Shown here: positions 58,834-61,302 of the stretch, piece after piece
How the letters are laid out: every line of letters starts with the position of its first letter
How positions within the stretch are numbered: the stretch's first letter is position 1
Assembly (NCBI GenBank): GCA_020426595.1
Contig: JAGQPS010000002.1
Coordinates: forward strand, 1 to 61,302
DNA length: 61,302 nt
Source: Planctomycetales bacterium
Lineage (GTDB): Bacteria > Planctomycetota > Planctomycetia > Pirellulales > Pirellulaceae
Reading direction: 5' to 3'
The notes under the pieces: generated by a model
Database searches by the model: none
What the model was told of the DNA's origin: nothing
What the model saw: only the letters and a program-made list of their open reading frames with translations
Program-made: the position numbers and the translations under genes

Positions 58834-59585
58834 CTTATGTCCTCGATTGATTCCCAGACGGTGATTGTTCCAAACCGTTTTCCAACTCGTTCGCTCACCA
58901 CGAGAAGACAGTACACCCTCCATCGCCTTACTCCTGAAAAACAGCCACGATAGGAAGCGTCTTGGCCATGTTCCGATTCAAGGGCAACAAGCCGGCATCC
59001 GGTGAGACGCCTCTCGATATGGCACTGGCGATAACGGTAACCGCAGTTTGCTAGCAGCCGAGAATTGGCAAGCTGATTGTATTCACGGACACTCGCTGAA
59101 TTCCGCATCGACCGGTCTAGAACGCCGAAATTTGTTGGGTCACGGCGTATCCTCTCCGCCATTCAGCTCATCGATTGTAGGACCACTTCCACAGCCCAAC
59201 GGGTGGCGAATGGCCTGTCCGTTCAGCCTTGACTCGTTGGGGCGAATGCCGACAATTTCGACTCGTTGGCTCGACAAGGATGCCGGTCATTCCCTCGCGA
59301 ATGACGTGGGAATTCCTAGCCTAGAAACTCGCTCGACTCGAACGAAACGGCTCATGCAAGTGCCTTTCATTCCCGGAGAGCGAGGCCTGGTCGGCTCATC
59401 TATCGGAGCGGACCACGGGTTTGGATTCCGACTGCCAACATGCGTCGGTTCGAGTTGCTCCGCCATGTCGGAGTGGCTCGATCGTCGTGGAGATCGATTG
59501 CGACCGAGGCGACTGAGTCGTCTTGCTCGCAGGGACTCGACATCATTGATTTCAAGCGATCGAATTCGGCAAGGAGGCCGATGAG

Positions 59586-61124
59586 ATGCATCAACTCTCG
59601 TCATCGCGCGATGTCTCTTTTCGCGATCTGCCCTGTGACGTCCGAGGCTCGGGGAGCGAGCAATTCCGCTTCTCTTCCTGTGCCTCGACTTGGCGTGAAT
59701 GCCAACCGGGCGACCTGTTCATCGCGATCACTCGAGCTGATTCCGATGGACATGACGATGTCGATGAAGCTCGTCGACGAGGCGCCGTCGCGGTACTGGC
59801 GGAGCGCTACTTGCCGACGGATTTGCCGGTATTCCTAACCGAGGATACGCGCGAGGCGTATGGCCATATCTGTCACGCTTTGGCGGGGCATCCGACGCGT
59901 GAGATGCATGGGATCGGCATCGCCGGCACGAGTGGCAAGACGAGCACGGCGCGACACTTGAACGCGATTCTGCGAGCGGCGGGACGACTCAGCGTCTCGG
60001 CCACCGACGAGCGGTGGTTTGATCCTCAGCCGATGGAATCTCGCCCCGTGACAACCGCGCCGCGGATCGTCGCCGGTCTCTCGGACGCGGCCGCCTGCGG
60101 CTACCAACATGCGGTGCTCGAGTTGCACTCGCCCCACTTGGCTCGGCGTGTCTGGAGCGGCACCGAACTCGACACCCTCGTGCTCACCAATGCGACCGCC
60201 GATTTTCGCGGACTGCATAACTCGGCCGACAATCACCGCCGCGCCGTCCTGCGTTCCTTGGGGCTGCTCAAACCGCACGGCATGGTCATCGTCAACGCCG
60301 ACGACGCGGCACTGCGATCGTGGCTCGAAACATGCGAGATGCCGGCGATTAGCTACGGTCTCAAGCACGACGCGACGATCGAAGGCGAGATCTTGGAAGA
60401 GACGCCGTACGACCAACTGCTCATCGTGCATGCGGGCTGTGAATCGGCCCCGATTCGATTGGCTCGCCCCGGAAGACACAACGCGTCCAACGCCTTGGCC
60501 GCGATCGCGACCGGACTAAGCCTTGGCATCGATCTCGCGACGATGGCTCGTGCCCTCGAACTCAGCTCGCCGGCCGAGCGTGTCCTCGAGCCCCTGCAAC
60601 TTGATCCCGATTATCCGCGCGTGTTCGTGGACCGTGGAACCTTACCCGATCGGCTGCGCACGACTCTCTCAACGATCCGTCGAACGACAACCGGCAAGCT
60701 CTGGGTGGTCTATGAGACGCCGGCGGATCTCGCCAAGGACCATCGTCCCGCCGTGGGAACATTACTCGAACGCTATGCGTCCCATGCCGCGCTCTGCGTT
60801 CATGCGAGCATCGGTCATCGAGCGCTGAACACGCTGCACGACCTGTTGGACGGTTACGAGGATTCGGGACGCGATTGCGTCGCCGTCCGACTCGAACAGG
60901 CGATCGATTGGGTCTGCCAACGAGTCGCTCCGGGCGACGCATTGGTGGTGGTCGGCGAAACTCCGCACGCCGGTCAGCTCGTTCAAGAAGCCCTCGCGGC
61001 TCGCCACGCCGACTTCGAGGCGGCGGGCAACCTCGCGGCGGTGCTGCCATTCGCGCCGACGAACGCTTCGGTCGAGGCACCACCCAAGATCTTGAAGTTC
61101 GAGGACTTCCGACGATCGGCATGA
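59586..61124 (+). CDS. murE: Mur ligase family protein, most likely UDP-N-acetylmuramoyl-L-alanyl-D-glutamate--2,6-diaminopimelate ligase
   Basis: CQPGDLFIAI..., the P-loop GIAGTSGKTSTA and a central domain with NADDA. The ~510-aa length fits MurE. Confidence 0.8.
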   Translation: MHQLSSSRDVSFRDLPCDVRGSGSEQFRFSSCASTWRECQPGDLFIAITRADSDGHDDVDEARRRGAVAVLAERYLPTDLPVFLTEDTREAYGHICHALAGHPTREMHGIGIAGTSGKTSTARHLNAILRAAGRLSVSATDERWFDPQPMESRPVTTAPRIVAGLSDAAACGYQHAVLELHSPHLARRVWSGTELDTLVLTNATADFRGLHNSADNHRRAVLRSLGLLKPHGMVIVNADDAALRSWLETCEMPAISYGLKHDATIEGEILEETPYDQLLIVHAGCESAPIRLARPGRHNASNALAAIATGLSLGIDLATMARALELSSPAERVLEPLQLDPDYPRVFVDRGTLPDRLRTTLSTIRRTTTGKLWVVYETPADLAKDHRPAVGTLLERYASHAALCVHASIGHRALNTLHDLLDGYEDSGRDCVAVRLEQAIDWVCQRVAPGDALVVVGETPHAGQLVQEALAARHADFEAAGNLAAVLPFAPTNASVEAPPKILKFEDFRRSA

Positions 61125-61302
61125 CGCACAACGAACGCCCCCGCGAACCGCGAGACCCGATCTTGCGATTCTTTGGGAGGTGTTGGCGGCTCGCCGAGTT
61201 GCTGGCTTGTTCGGGAACGCGAAGAGTCCCTTGCGCACCGGGCTGTCGATTTAATCAGACGCGCCGCATCGTGCGGCCGGGAGACGCCCATCGAGGTCGT
61301 CT

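Noticed and set aside
59048-59584. 178-aa plus-strand ORF upstream of murE
   Set aside because: It has no SD site and no motifs, and its composition is atypical of the neighbouring genes. It is more likely the non-coding leader or promoter region of murE.

Overview
This 61.3-kb high-GC segment looks chromosomal and planctomycete-like. The taxonomic guess rests on a PSCyt1/DUF1549/DUF1553 and DUF1501 gene pair, an arylsulfatase, an orphan ECF sigma factor, Pro/Arg-rich secreted hypotheticals, and N-terminal RRRR...E.LE.K.MLSA motifs. I saw no rRNA, tRNA, CRISPR array or obvious transposase or integrase. The left ~36 kb is mostly housekeeping. It carries the 2-oxoglutarate dehydrogenase operon sucA-sucB-lpdA (minus strand), thymidine phosphorylase, NUDIX, a D-2-hydroxyacid dehydrogenase, GNAT, sulfatase, yggS plus DUF167, an SDR and an ECF sigma. 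It also holds a two-gene module (15.2-18.6 kb) encoding a GAF-GAF-TM-HlyD protein and a plain HlyD adaptor. The right part (36.6-58.9 kb) is the region of interest: a secretion and processing island. It encodes a PqqD-like/M50 metalloprotease/HlyD fusion, a second GAF-GAF-TM-HlyD protein and two large RTX proteins that share a conserved N-terminal leader and module. Each RTX gene is followed by a small, very acidic ORF. The island continues with a free-standing C39 cysteine peptidase fused to cNMP-binding-like domains, a parvulin PPIase, a SecA-like ATPase truncated after NBD2, a TolC-family lipoprotein and another HlyD adaptor. No ABC transporter is visible anywhere in the window. I propose this as an uncharacterised, ABC-less, T1SS/bacteriocin-exporter-like system. 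All family assignments come from motifs read by eye and need HMM confirmation. Other observations are a dispersed ~92-bp repeat, two short tandem repeats in long non-coding spacers, two clean intrinsic terminators, and strong intragenic tandem repeats in both RTX genes.
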